This document shows positions 51,530 to 61,200 of a stretch of DNA of 64,000 nt, in pieces. The translations under genes were made by a program, and so were the position numbers. The number at the start of each line of letters is the position of its first letter. Within the stretch, counting starts at the first letter, position 1. The notes under the pieces are model-generated. The model saw only the letters and a list, made by a program, of their open reading frames with translations, was not told where the DNA came from and did no database searches. The stretch is from a virus. Where the stretch lies: positions 4,002 through 68,001 of the IMG/VR virus record IMGVR_UViG_3300046096_000525. One strand, 5' to 3'.

Positions 51530-53473
51530 ATGAATTTAGATAAGATATACGTAATAGATGCAGAGTCAGATGGACTTGTAGATCAGTCTACAAAGATCTG
51601 GTGTATGGGAATAAGTTGGATGGATAAGTCTGGTAAGTGGAAAGTTAAATCTACTGTTGACTATGAGGATATGCGTAATATCTTGACTAACCCTGACAAC
51701 ACATTGGTCTGCCATAACATAGTTAGGTTTGATGTACCCTTGTATGAAAAGATACTTGGTATAAAAGTTACAGCTAGTGTAATAGACTCTTTAGGATTGT
51801 CTTGGTACTTGTACCCAGAAAGAGGCCAAAGAGACCATGGTTTAGCTTCTTGGGGAGAAGAGTTCGGTGTACCTAAACCGAAGATCGACAACTGGGAAAA
51901 CCTTTCTATAGAAGAATACAGAAACAGGGTAGAAGAAGATGTTAAGATTAATACTAACCTTTGGGTTAAACAATACAACTATCTTAAAAAGATCTACCAA
52001 GATCCTAGAGATATAGTAAGAATTATCAGCTACCTTAATTTTAAGCTAACATGCCTTAAGATACAAGAGGAAGATAAAATATTGATTGATGTAGAACAAT
52101 GTCAAAAAAACTTAGACTATCTACAAGGTATTGAGAATGAAAAGAAAGCTTTATTAGAAGCTGCTATGCCAAAAATACCTATCAAGAAGTCTTTGACAAA
52201 GCCTAAGGTTTGTTATAAAAAAGATGGTAGTCTTAGTGTTGCCGGAGCTAGATGGTTTGAGATCTTAGAACAAAATGGTATCAGAGAAGATTATGATGGT
52301 GAGGTTACCATGATTACAGGTTATGAAGAACCTAATGCCGGAAGTCCTACACAAGTAAAAGATTGGTTGATGGGCCTTGGTTGGAAACCTTTATTGTTTG
52401 AAGACGGTAGAAATGGTAAAGTGCCACAAGTTAGAGATAAAGAAAAGATGTTATGTAAGAGTGTATTAGCTTTAGGTGCAAAGGAGCCGGCTATTGAGCA
52501 CTTAGATGGTTTATCTGTAGTAACACACAGAGCAGGTTACTTGAAGGGCTTCTTAGAAAGAGCTGATGAGAATGGTTATGCAGTAGCTTATGCTCACGGT
52601 TTTACTAAGACTTTGAGGTTGAAACATGCCAAACCGTTTGTTAATTTACCAAAGCCGACAGCCCCTTATGGAGAATTTATCCGTAGTGTAATCATAGCTC
52701 CTAAAGGTTCTGTGCTTATTGGTTCGGATGTTAGTAGTTTGGAAGACAAGATGAAACAGATTTCTATTTATCCTTATGATCCTGGATATGTTGAAGATAT
52801 GAACAGGCCGGGTTGGGATGCCCACTTGGATCTAGGTGTTAGAAGTGGTATTATCTCACAAGAAGAGTCTGACTTCTTTCGTTGGTATAAAACAAAAGAT
52901 AAAAAGAGAGAAGACTTACCTGAGATATTCAAGGTTTATAAAGATGAAGAGTTGTCTGAGCAATTTGAAAAAGTAAGTAAAAAAAGAGCAACTTCTAAAA
53001 CAGGTAACTATGCTTTAACTTATGGTTGTGGAGTACCTAAGCTTAAAGAGTCTACTGGTCTTACTACAAAAGATGCTAAGATTTTATACGATGGGTATTG
53101 GGGTCGTAACTGGTCTGTTAAGAAATATGCAGAAGACAGAGAGGTAATAGTTGTAGATGGTAAAACTTGGATTTGGAACCCTATTACAAACTTTTACTAC
53201 TTTTTAGCCTCTGAAAAAGATAGATTTTCTGCTTGTAATCAGTCAGCAGGTGTTAGAGTCTTTGATGGTTATGTGTATGAAATGATTAAACGTGGTGTTA
53301 GACCCATTTTTCAAGCCCATGACGAGGTTTTATTAAGAGTTAAGAACGAAGACATAGATTCAACAATTGAGGCTCTTAAACAGTCTATAAATAGAGTAAA
53401 TAAACAATACAACTTTCCTGTAGAAATTGAGATTGATATCCAAACAGGGGAGTCTTATGCAGCAGTACATTAA
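51530..53473 (+). CDS. family A DNA polymerase (Pol I/T7-like) with N-terminal 3'-5' exonuclease domain
   Basis: Exo I IDAESDGL; motif A LIGSDVSSLEDKMKQI (DYSQIELR-like); motif B KKRATSKTGNYALTYGCG (RxxxKxxNFGxxYG-like); motif C IFQAHDEVLL (HDE). Confidence 0.8.
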   Translation: MNLDKIYVIDAESDGLVDQSTKIWCMGISWMDKSGKWKVKSTVDYEDMRNILTNPDNTLVCHNIVRFDVPLYEKILGIKVTASVIDSLGLSWYLYPERGQRDHGLASWGEEFGVPKPKIDNWENLSIEEYRNRVEEDVKINTNLWVKQYNYLKKIYQDPRDIVRIISYLNFKLTCLKIQEEDKILIDVEQCQKNLDYLQGIENEKKALLEAAMPKIPIKKSLTKPKVCYKKDGSLSVAGARWFEILEQNGIREDYDGEVTMITGYEEPNAGSPTQVKDWLMGLGWKPLLFEDGRNGKVPQVRDKEKMLCKSVLALGAKEPAIEHLDGLSVVTHRAGYLKGFLERADENGYAVAYAHGFTKTLRLKHAKPFVNLPKPTAPYGEFIRSVIIAPKGSVLIGSDVSSLEDKMKQISIYPYDPGYVEDMNRPGWDAHLDLGVRSGIISQEESDFFRWYKTKDKKREDLPEIFKVYKDEELSEQFEKVSKKRATSKTGNYALTYGCGVPKLKESTGLTTKDAKILYDGYWGRNWSVKKYAEDREVIVVDGKTWIWNPITNFYYFLASEKDRFSACNQSAGVRVFDGYVYEMIKRGVRPIFQAHDEVLLRVKNEDIDSTIEALKQSINRVNKQYNFPVEIEIDIQTGESYAAVH

Positions 53474-53978
53474 TATGAAGAGTTTAATAGTGTTTTTAGG
53501 ATTGTTTTTATTTAGTGGGTTTTTCTTTTTTGATAAGCCCTTAGATAAAAATGCAGTTATTGACTACATAGAGGTAGATAAGTCTAAAAGATCTATGTAT
53601 GTTTATCAAGATGGTGAGTTACTAAAAAAGTATAAGGTAGCTCTTGGATTTAGACCAAATGGTAAAAAAGAGTTTCAAGGTGATGGGAAAACACCTGAGG
53701 GAGTTTATTATATAAATGATAAGAACCCTCATAGTGTAGCTTATAAAAATTTAGGCATATCTTACCCTAACGAACAAGACTTAAGTAATGCCTCGGCTAA
53801 TAATAAGTCTGCCGGTGGAGATATAAAGATACACGGTTTGATGAAAAAATGGTATAAATTTGGAATGTTCCATAGGTATATAGATTGGACGGCTGGATGT
53901 ATAGCTGTTAGTAATTCTGAGATGGATGAGCTTTATGAACATGTTAAAATTGGGGCCAAGATAAAAATAATTGAATAA
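53427..53978 (+). CDS. L,D-transpeptidase (YkuD domain) with N-terminal signal/TM
   Basis: Hydrophobic N-terminus LIVFLGLFLFSGFFFF; catalytic IKIHGL...DWTAGCIAVSNSEMDELY (H...(S/T)xGC(I/V) motif); overlaps pol 3' end in other frame. Confidence 0.6.
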   Translation: MRLISKQGSLMQQYINMKSLIVFLGLFLFSGFFFFDKPLDKNAVIDYIEVDKSKRSMYVYQDGELLKKYKVALGFRPNGKKEFQGDGKTPEGVYYINDKNPHSVAYKNLGISYPNEQDLSNASANNKSAGGDIKIHGLMKKWYKFGMFHRYIDWTAGCIAVSNSEMDELYEHVKIGAKIKIIE

Positions 53979-53981
53979 TTT

Positions 53982-54013
53982 CTTGCACGGTAATAAAATT
54001 ATACTTAACTTTG
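53982..54013 (+). promoter_or_regulatory. sigma-A-type promoter CTTG(53982-53985)-N20-TAACTTTG(54006-54013)
   Basis: Consensus match upstream of ATG 54040. Confidence 0.55.
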
Positions 54014-54039
54014 CAGAAGAAATTTAAAACATAAAGATT

Positions 54040-54270
54040 ATGACAACAGAAAAAATTATATACTTAGGTATAGACATGGAAGTTGAAGGTACTTATTATC
54101 CTGGGGAACCTCAGGTTATGTATGATTCAGATATGGGTGGTTACCCAGGAAGTGCATCAGAGTTTGAGATATATGATGTATTTGTAGAAGGTGTTTCTAT
54201 TATTAATTTACTTCAAGATTTTCAGATGGATGATATACATACAGAAGTTCTTGAAAAAATTGAAGGGTAA
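54040..54270 (+). CDS. hypothetical acidic protein (76 aa)
   Basis: ORF track. Confidence 0.4.
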   Translation: MTTEKIIYLGIDMEVEGTYYPGEPQVMYDSDMGGYPGSASEFEIYDVFVEGVSIINLLQDFQMDDIHTEVLEKIEG

Positions 54271-54557
54271 TGTTAGCCACAAAAAAAGAGGAGAAAATAA
54301 TTTGGGATATTTATATAGGCCTTTATAAAGAGTCTACCCCAAGTGCAGATTTTAATAAGTTGGTAGAAGAGGCTCCTATAGATAGTAGTGGTAGAAAGTA
54401 TATTGCTTTTATGGACTATGAGATTGAAGAGTCTAACTTTGAAAAGATATTGGATAGTCATTTGAAAGGTCGTAGGATTACTAAATTAAAACAACGTATG
54501 ATTCGTAACACAATATTGATGGGTTGCAGTCCTAAATTTAAGAAAGATGTATTATAG
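54270..54557 (+). CDS. hypothetical protein (95 aa)
   Basis: ORF track. Confidence 0.4.
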   Translation: MLATKKEEKIIWDIYIGLYKESTPSADFNKLVEEAPIDSSGRKYIAFMDYEIEESNFEKILDSHLKGRRITKLKQRMIRNTILMGCSPKFKKDVL

Positions 54558-54804
54558 ATTAACTAGGCAAGAAGATGGGCTTATGAAAGAGTCCAAAGAT
54601 ATCAAGTGGCTTGAATTTGATGAGCAAGGTAAGTTTAAAAAACATTACAAAAATCCTAGAAGAGGTAGGAGTTTATTGATGAGTCCTTTTAACGCTTTCT
54701 TTACTTGGCAAACAACAGAGGTTAAAAAAGTAATCGAAAAAACAGAAACTATGGTTCATTTCAAAACCAAAAATTCAGAGTATAAACTTTATAAAATTAT
54801 CTAA
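54547..54804 (+). CDS. hypothetical protein (85 aa)
   Basis: ORF track. Confidence 0.4.
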   Translation: MYYRLTRQEDGLMKESKDIKWLEFDEQGKFKKHYKNPRRGRSLLMSPFNAFFTWQTTEVKKVIEKTETMVHFKTKNSEYKLYKII

Positions 54805-54805
54805 G

Positions 54806-55105
54806 ATGACAGAAGAAGAATCGTTAATCCAAAGCTACATGCTAGAGGAAGAAGAAAATGAGAATTACAGCCCTTATTGTCCAGTATGTTCCGGATGTGG
54901 GGAGTCTGGGTGTTGTAGTCCTAAAAACTGTGACCCCTATAATATTAATTGCCAATACCCAGAAACATATACGGAAGATCTAAAGCTAGCATATCGTACT
55001 TTTGATAGATGGTACGACTTACTAGAAGAAAATAACTGGTTTGGTAAGAAAGAGGAGTTTATGAAAATTTATAACGAAGAACTAGATGTAAGATATGGAG
55101 AATAG
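54806..55105 (+). CDS. hypothetical Cys-rich protein (CPVCSGCGESGCCSPKNCDPYNINC)
   Basis: ORF track. Confidence 0.4.
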   Translation: MTEEESLIQSYMLEEEENENYSPYCPVCSGCGESGCCSPKNCDPYNINCQYPETYTEDLKLAYRTFDRWYDLLEENNWFGKKEEFMKIYNEELDVRYGE

Positions 55106-55508
55106 TAAAACAATAGTTCATAGCCAAGCCACTTGTCTAGAATGTGGAGAGGTTTTAGTAAGTCAACATAGACATGATTACAAAACATGTAGTTGTCCTA
55201 ATGAGACAATGATTGATGGAGGTAACGCTTACATAAGATTTGGAGGCAAGGATCTAGCAAAGGTTGATACCTTTACAGTTTTTGATACTGATGACTTTAA
55301 GTTTGTTCGTAGATATGCTTCTAGAGGTGGTCGTGGTGTAGATGGTAAAGAGCCTTTGACTTGGACCAAACTGTGTGACATGAATGATGAGTGGCTACAA
55401 GCTGTTTTAGACTACTACCCAGAGGGTACAGAGAATTCACACCTAACCTTGATCAGAAAAGAAATTCAATATCGTAAAGAACTTAAAAGTTATGGAAGTA
55501 TCATATAA
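55095..55508 (+). CDS. hypothetical zinc-binding protein (CLECG...CSCP)
   Basis: ORF track. Confidence 0.45.
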   Translation: MENSKTIVHSQATCLECGEVLVSQHRHDYKTCSCPNETMIDGGNAYIRFGGKDLAKVDTFTVFDTDDFKFVRRYASRGGRGVDGKEPLTWTKLCDMNDEWLQAVLDYYPEGTENSHLTLIRKEIQYRKELKSYGSII

Positions 55509-55944
55509 AAAAGTAGGTAGAAAGTACGTAGAAATCGTACCCTCAGTATCGCTTAATCATGAAATTTTACTAGCTTGTGCCTTTAGATACGCATTAGGTA
55601 GAGCTACTTATGTAGTTGGATCTGTTTGTGAAGAGCTTGTAAGGCTTGAGCCATTGCTTAATGATAATTTTAAGCACCGTACAGCTAGAGAAATACAAGA
55701 GTACCAAGATGAGCACGGTAAGGCAGGTTGGGAGTTTGATAATGATGAATGGAACTATGTAAAATGGTTGTATACCCCTGAGAGAAGAGTATTGCTAGAA
55801 GCTAACTATTATATGACTGATAAATGGGTTGAAGTTGAAGCAGTACGGAGTGATGATTTAGATGAAGATGGTGAGATAAAATATTTATCACTTACAAATA
55901 AAAATAGTTATTACCATAAGGTAAGAAACATAAGAAATAAATAA
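55492..55944 (+). CDS. hypothetical protein (150 aa)
   Basis: ORF track. Confidence 0.45.
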   Translation: MEVSYKKVGRKYVEIVPSVSLNHEILLACAFRYALGRATYVVGSVCEELVRLEPLLNDNFKHRTAREIQEYQDEHGKAGWEFDNDEWNYVKWLYTPERRVLLEANYYMTDKWVEVEAVRSDDLDEDGEIKYLSLTNKNSYYHKVRNIRNK

Positions 55945-55948
55945 AATA

Positions 55949-56848
55949 ATGAACGATATATCCTTTTTTTACTATCCTGCAGATGTTAAGATACCTGAGC
56001 CCCTAGGTACTGTTACTTTTGAGCAGTTTTTGAGAGCAAATAAATCCCCTAGTCCTAGTATTAGTGGCATATTCTCTCAGATATCAGATGCTTCGGCAGC
56101 AGGTAATATGGAGTTAAAAGACAAACTTAAGTCTAAACTATACTACTTTACACCATGTGTAAAAACAAATGGAGCCGGGAGAAAATATGATAACATTACA
56201 GGGTTTACAGGACTTATGGTTCTTGACTTTGATAAGTTACAAGATGCCCCTGCTTTCAAACAGTTTTTATTTGATGCTGTACCTAGTATTATAGCAGCTT
56301 ATTTGTCTCCTAGTAAAAAAGGATGTAAGTTTATTGTTAAGATCCCTGTCTGTAAGACTACAGATGAATTTAAGAGTTACTTCTATGGTATGGGTTACTA
56401 CTTAGAAAAGTATGAAGGTTTTGACCCCTCTACACAAAACTGTATTTTACCTTTGTTCCTTTCAATAGATCCAGATCTCCTTTACAGAGATAATGCTGAG
56501 ACTTGGACCAAAAGAGGATTAAAGATTGACGAGTTCAAACCACATGTTGGTGAGATAGAAGTTTTAGACAATGTTAGTGAAAAAGATAGAAACACTGTCA
56601 GAACTATTCTTACTAGATCAATGGAAAAGATTGTGGACTCTGGACACTATATCGTAAGATCTACAGCATTATGTGCAGGAGGTTACGTTGCAAGTGGTTA
56701 TATGTCACAAGAAGAGGCAGAAGATTTATTATTCTCTCTGATTGAAGATAATAATTACCTGCAAAAAAACACAAGAGGTTATAAAATGACTGCTAAAGAG
56801 ATGTTAATAAAGGGTATGCAAAGCCCACTATATTTAAAAAATGAATAA
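55949..56848 (+). CDS. putative archaeo-eukaryotic-type primase (PrimPol / BT4734-like N-terminal domain)
   Basis: GLMVLDFDK (DxD motif I), ILPLFLSIDPD (motif III Asp); weak motif II; position within replication module. Confidence 0.4.
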   Translation: MNDISFFYYPADVKIPEPLGTVTFEQFLRANKSPSPSISGIFSQISDASAAGNMELKDKLKSKLYYFTPCVKTNGAGRKYDNITGFTGLMVLDFDKLQDAPAFKQFLFDAVPSIIAAYLSPSKKGCKFIVKIPVCKTTDEFKSYFYGMGYYLEKYEGFDPSTQNCILPLFLSIDPDLLYRDNAETWTKRGLKIDEFKPHVGEIEVLDNVSEKDRNTVRTILTRSMEKIVDSGHYIVRSTALCAGGYVASGYMSQEEAEDLLFSLIEDNNYLQKNTRGYKMTAKEMLIKGMQSPLYLKNE

Positions 56849-56997
56849 GAAAGATTTTTATAGAAAAGATTATTTAACATACAAAAAGAAGTATGCCCTT
56901 TTATGTAATTCGGTGCCAATAAATTTAATTTGTTTGGAAAAACCAAATATTAGTAGTAATTTTGTAAAAAGAATAAGTATAACAGAAATTAAAAAGA

Positions 56998-58236
56998 ATG
57001 GAAATTAACAAAAAAAGATTACAAGAGCTTTACGAGCAAGAACAAAGTAAAACATTAGCTGCAAAAGCTTATTGTGAAGAAGTGGGTATTATATATGATG
57101 AGAGCTTTCGTAAAAAAGCAAACTCGTACATATTAAAATCTGAGCGTGCTCCAGAGGACGATGACTTAGAGAACAATACAGACACAGAAACAAATCAGTA
57201 TGAAAAAGTATCTTCTCTTTCTGCCTTGAAGCCTGATGGCACAATAATGAACATAAAAGAGTACTGTAGTTTCTACGGTATTCCTTTTGAAGATGTGCGT
57301 ACTTATAAGTTAGTAACTCATACTGGTAAAGGTGCCTATTATAATATAGCATCTAACCAAGTTGATGGAGGGTATGCAGAAGCATTCCACAAAAAATTAT
57401 TAGAGGATATCGCAAATATTCCTAACAAACCTAAAACAATACGTAGAGTTGATACAGATGATGTAAAATTAGATGATGAGCATTTATTTGTAATAGATCC
57501 TGCAGATGTTCATATTGGAAAATTAGCTACAAGCTTTGAAACAGGGGAAGATTATGATAACCAGATTGCAGTACAAAGAGTTCGTGAAGGTGTTGAAGGT
57601 CTTCTTAATAAAGCCAAGGGTTTTAGGATTGATAAGATTTTGTTTGTTGGAGGTAATGATATTTTGCATATTGACACACCTAAGAGAACCACTACTTCAG
57701 GTACTGATCAAGATACTGATGGTATGTGGTATACCAACTTTTTAATTGCAAAAGAACTTTATATTGAGATCTTGACTAGGCTTATTAAAGTTGCAGATGT
57801 ACATTTTGTATTCAACCCTAGTAACCATGATTATACTCATGGGTTCTTTTTGGCTGATGTTATCCAAACTTACTTCAAAGACTGTAAGAATATTACTTTT
57901 GATTGTTCTATCGCTCACAGAAAGTATTATAGATACGGATCTAACTTAATCGGTACAACGCATGGAGATGGTGGTAAAATGGATAATCTTCCATTAACTA
58001 TGGCTCACGAAAGTCCGGATTGGGGTTCTTGTAAACATAGATATATTTATATCCACCACTTTCATCACAAGATCAGTAAAGATTATATGAGCGTATGTGT
58101 AGAGGCTTTAAGAAGTCCTTCAGGGACAGATTCATGGCATCACAGAAACCAATATCAACATGCCCCTAAGGCGATTGAAGGTTACATTCATCACCCATTG
58201 CATGGCCAGATTGCCAGACTAACACATTTATTTTAG
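56998..58236 (+). CDS. calcineurin-like metallophosphoesterase (412 aa; Mre11/SbcD-like or other phosphoesterase)
   Basis: FVIDPADVHIG (DxH), VGGNDILH (GD), NPSNHDYTHG (NHD), GTTHGDGG, IYIHHFHHK (GHxH-like). Confidence 0.55.
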   Translation: MEINKKRLQELYEQEQSKTLAAKAYCEEVGIIYDESFRKKANSYILKSERAPEDDDLENNTDTETNQYEKVSSLSALKPDGTIMNIKEYCSFYGIPFEDVRTYKLVTHTGKGAYYNIASNQVDGGYAEAFHKKLLEDIANIPNKPKTIRRVDTDDVKLDDEHLFVIDPADVHIGKLATSFETGEDYDNQIAVQRVREGVEGLLNKAKGFRIDKILFVGGNDILHIDTPKRTTTSGTDQDTDGMWYTNFLIAKELYIEILTRLIKVADVHFVFNPSNHDYTHGFFLADVIQTYFKDCKNITFDCSIAHRKYYRYGSNLIGTTHGDGGKMDNLPLTMAHESPDWGSCKHRYIYIHHFHHKISKDYMSVCVEALRSPSGTDSWHHRNQYQHAPKAIEGYIHHPLHGQIARLTHLF

Positions 58237-58250
58237 TTTATTGTAAAAAC

Positions 58251-58286
58251 AAACCCTACCAGAAATTAATCTAGTAGGGTTTTTTA
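58251..58286. terminator. bidirectional terminator AAA-CCCTAC-CAGAAATTAATCTA-GTAGGG-TTTTTT between convergent genes
   Basis: 6-bp GC stem flanked by A-run and T-run. Confidence 0.6.
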
Positions 58287-58290
58287 ATGC

Positions 58291-61200
58291 TTAATATTCT
58301 GCTGCCCATCCACCTGGCTTAAGATCATCTTCATCTATAAGGTAAGCCACTGGTATAAGAGCTTCATCTTTATTAAAGTAATCGTATGTCTCTCTCAAAG
58401 AGTTCAAATTACCTGCGTTCCAGATATCAAATGTAGGTTTTGCTCCAACAACATTCTTTAAGAAATAAACTTGTTGATTTGTCATCCCTGAAAATCTACC
58501 ACTTTTTACTACGTCTGTATCAAATGCTTGAGTAACCTTAAATAAGTTCTCTAACTTTTGAACCCCTACTAGAGGTTCTTTTACAGAAGCATAAAACTCT
58601 CCAAAAACACCTAGTTGAGTAGAAGATGTCTCTGTGGTAACCCTCTCTAACATATAAGCTGAGAATTGAGCTGCCCACATATCTTCTTCATCATCTGCCC
58701 AGTGCCCTAACCCTAATGTTAGCAAGAACAATAATGTAAGGAAGTTAAAGTCAACAAGGATTCTTCTAATATTTTCTCTTTGTACTTCGTCTCCATTAAC
58801 GTACTGATCCTTTAACTCAGCTAAAGCGGCTTTCATACCACCTTTTTTCAAACCGTTGTTGAAGTTCTCTACAACAAAATTATATAAAGAGTAGTAAGTA
58901 CCCTCTTCCATTTGTCCTGTCTGTAGATTTAAGTGTCTTCTTTTAAACCTGTTTGCTGCAGAAATTGCTAACCAACCTTTATGTGTCATTGCAAATCTTC
59001 CAAGAACGTCTCTTTGCATACTCGTTCTTTCTTCGTTGGTAATCATACCATCTATTCTCTCTACAACTTTCTTAAGTTTATTAGCTACTCCTAACTCCAT
59101 GTTTCTAAAGTCTTCTTTGAACTTGTCATCGTTAACTCTATTCATATCTTCTGCTAATCTGTCATAATCATAAGACACTGAAGCCTCATCTGTTATTAAG
59201 TAGTTATAAAAAGATTTATCAGCAAGAAGCTCCCATTGATTTTTTACATCCTTTATAGTAGCAGATGGGTTAGACCTTTTGTACAACTTTTCAAACTGTT
59301 TGAAATCTGCTAATCCTCCCTCATATACTCTGTGACCATATAACTGTGACAACATTGCTTTTGATAGTGGCACAAAGTTACCTGCGGTATGTAAAATATA
59401 CATGGATTTTGCAAGTACTCTTGGTGCTTTTGCATACATAGAGTTTTCAAATCTATTGCTCAGTTCAAATATGTTGAAGTGTTCTCCCAACATAGAAAGC
59501 CTTGATTTAGAATCAATCTCTAAGTTCTCTTTTATGGCCGGGTAAGATATTTTTAAAAACTCTTTCCCTGCTAAGCTAACTGAATTTTTATCTACGTACT
59601 GTCCTACATACTTCTCTATAAGAAGAGAGGCTTCAGCTGTAGCCCATGAAGTAACTGGTACAACAAAGTTCAATGCCAAAGAGTTATTTCGGATCCATCC
59701 GTGTAATACATTCACAACTTTTGTTACATCTATCTGTCCTAGTACTGGTACATTTACTCGCCAGTTTCTCTTTTCTTTTACCCCAAATAAATTATGGTCG
59801 TAGTAAGATTGAAACATCTTGTAAGTATTTGTAGATGTAGCTGCTTTACCTTCAGGATAAGCTCTGTTTAAAGCTAAATCATTAAGGGTAGCAAACTCAG
59901 AGTATCTCTCTTTTCTAGCCTTATATAATTGTGATTGTTGAGCTAGTAACATAGAACTGTAAAAAAGATCCGTAGATACATCTGTAGGCTCTTCTAGTTT
60001 CTTTAAGAAGTACTTTGGTACGATTCTCATATCAGCAGTCTTTGCTAATGCTTCCCCATCCAACTCCTCTCCAAAGGCTTGTTCGTCTACTCTAAATCTA
60101 ACAATATCTCTCCACCATTCTTTTATCGTACCTTTTTTACCTTTCAGCAAATCGTTAGTTTTTTCAAGACTAGTTTTCGATACTTGTGGAGCTAGGTATA
60201 AATTGTGTGTCCCTAATTCACCGTAAGATCTTAAACTCTCTTTTTGAAACTCTATGTACTCATCGTACAAAGCAAATAATTTCTGGTTGCTAGTAGCTTG
60301 TATTTTACCATTGCTATCTAAGATAGGATTGTTATTGCTATCTAGGATAGGGTTGAACAATCTTACAAACTCTTTGTTAAGATATTGATCAAGTTTTGGT
60401 TGCTTAGAACCACCCTCGAAATCTTCTTTATAGTTAGGGTTTTTGAATTTAATCTCCCCCATCTCGTAGTAAGAAAAATTGTTACTTACTTTTATGTCTG
60501 TTCTTTCATTTAGTTGTTTAACTAAAGTAGAGACATCTTGTGTACCATTTTTCAAAGAGTTGTAAAAGCTCTCTAATCCAAGAGGTGCAAAAGACTTATA
60601 GTAAGGTGCCAATTTAGACTCTGCATACTTTAATTTTGCTGTTATTATGTCATCTTCATTCAACTCAGATAGGTCATTAATACCTACTGTTCTTAGTATT
60701 AAGTTTCTATGACTCTCAGATACCCTTCTTCCTCTAACTGCATCATCTAAAGCATCTGCAAATTGTCTAGCTTTCTTAATGTTGTCTACAGTCATGTTTT
60801 TCAATGCAAACTCATACTTAGCCTCTGGCTTTGTAATTCTACCATCTTCTAGAGCTTGATAGTAAGCTTGGTTTGGTGTAGACTCTGCTATTACCGTTCT
60901 TTCTGAATCCTGCTCTACATTATTCTTGAATATTGTGTAAAGCTCTGAAGATATTCTGTCTATGTCTTCTGACAACTCAATAACCTTGGCTCTTTGTTGA
61001 TCAGACATCTCTTCAGCCATAGTGTTAGTATAGTTTCTAGAGTCTTGGTATTGCTTTAATATAGCTTTTCTGTTATCTAGAAACTCTTTGTATGCTTTTA
61101 TTTTATCAGACCAAACTTCTTCTGCATCTGGTCTTTGACTGTATGAGTCTAAGAAAGTCATCATACTTTCAGAGTTATCAAAGTTGTTCCAGAAGTCGTT

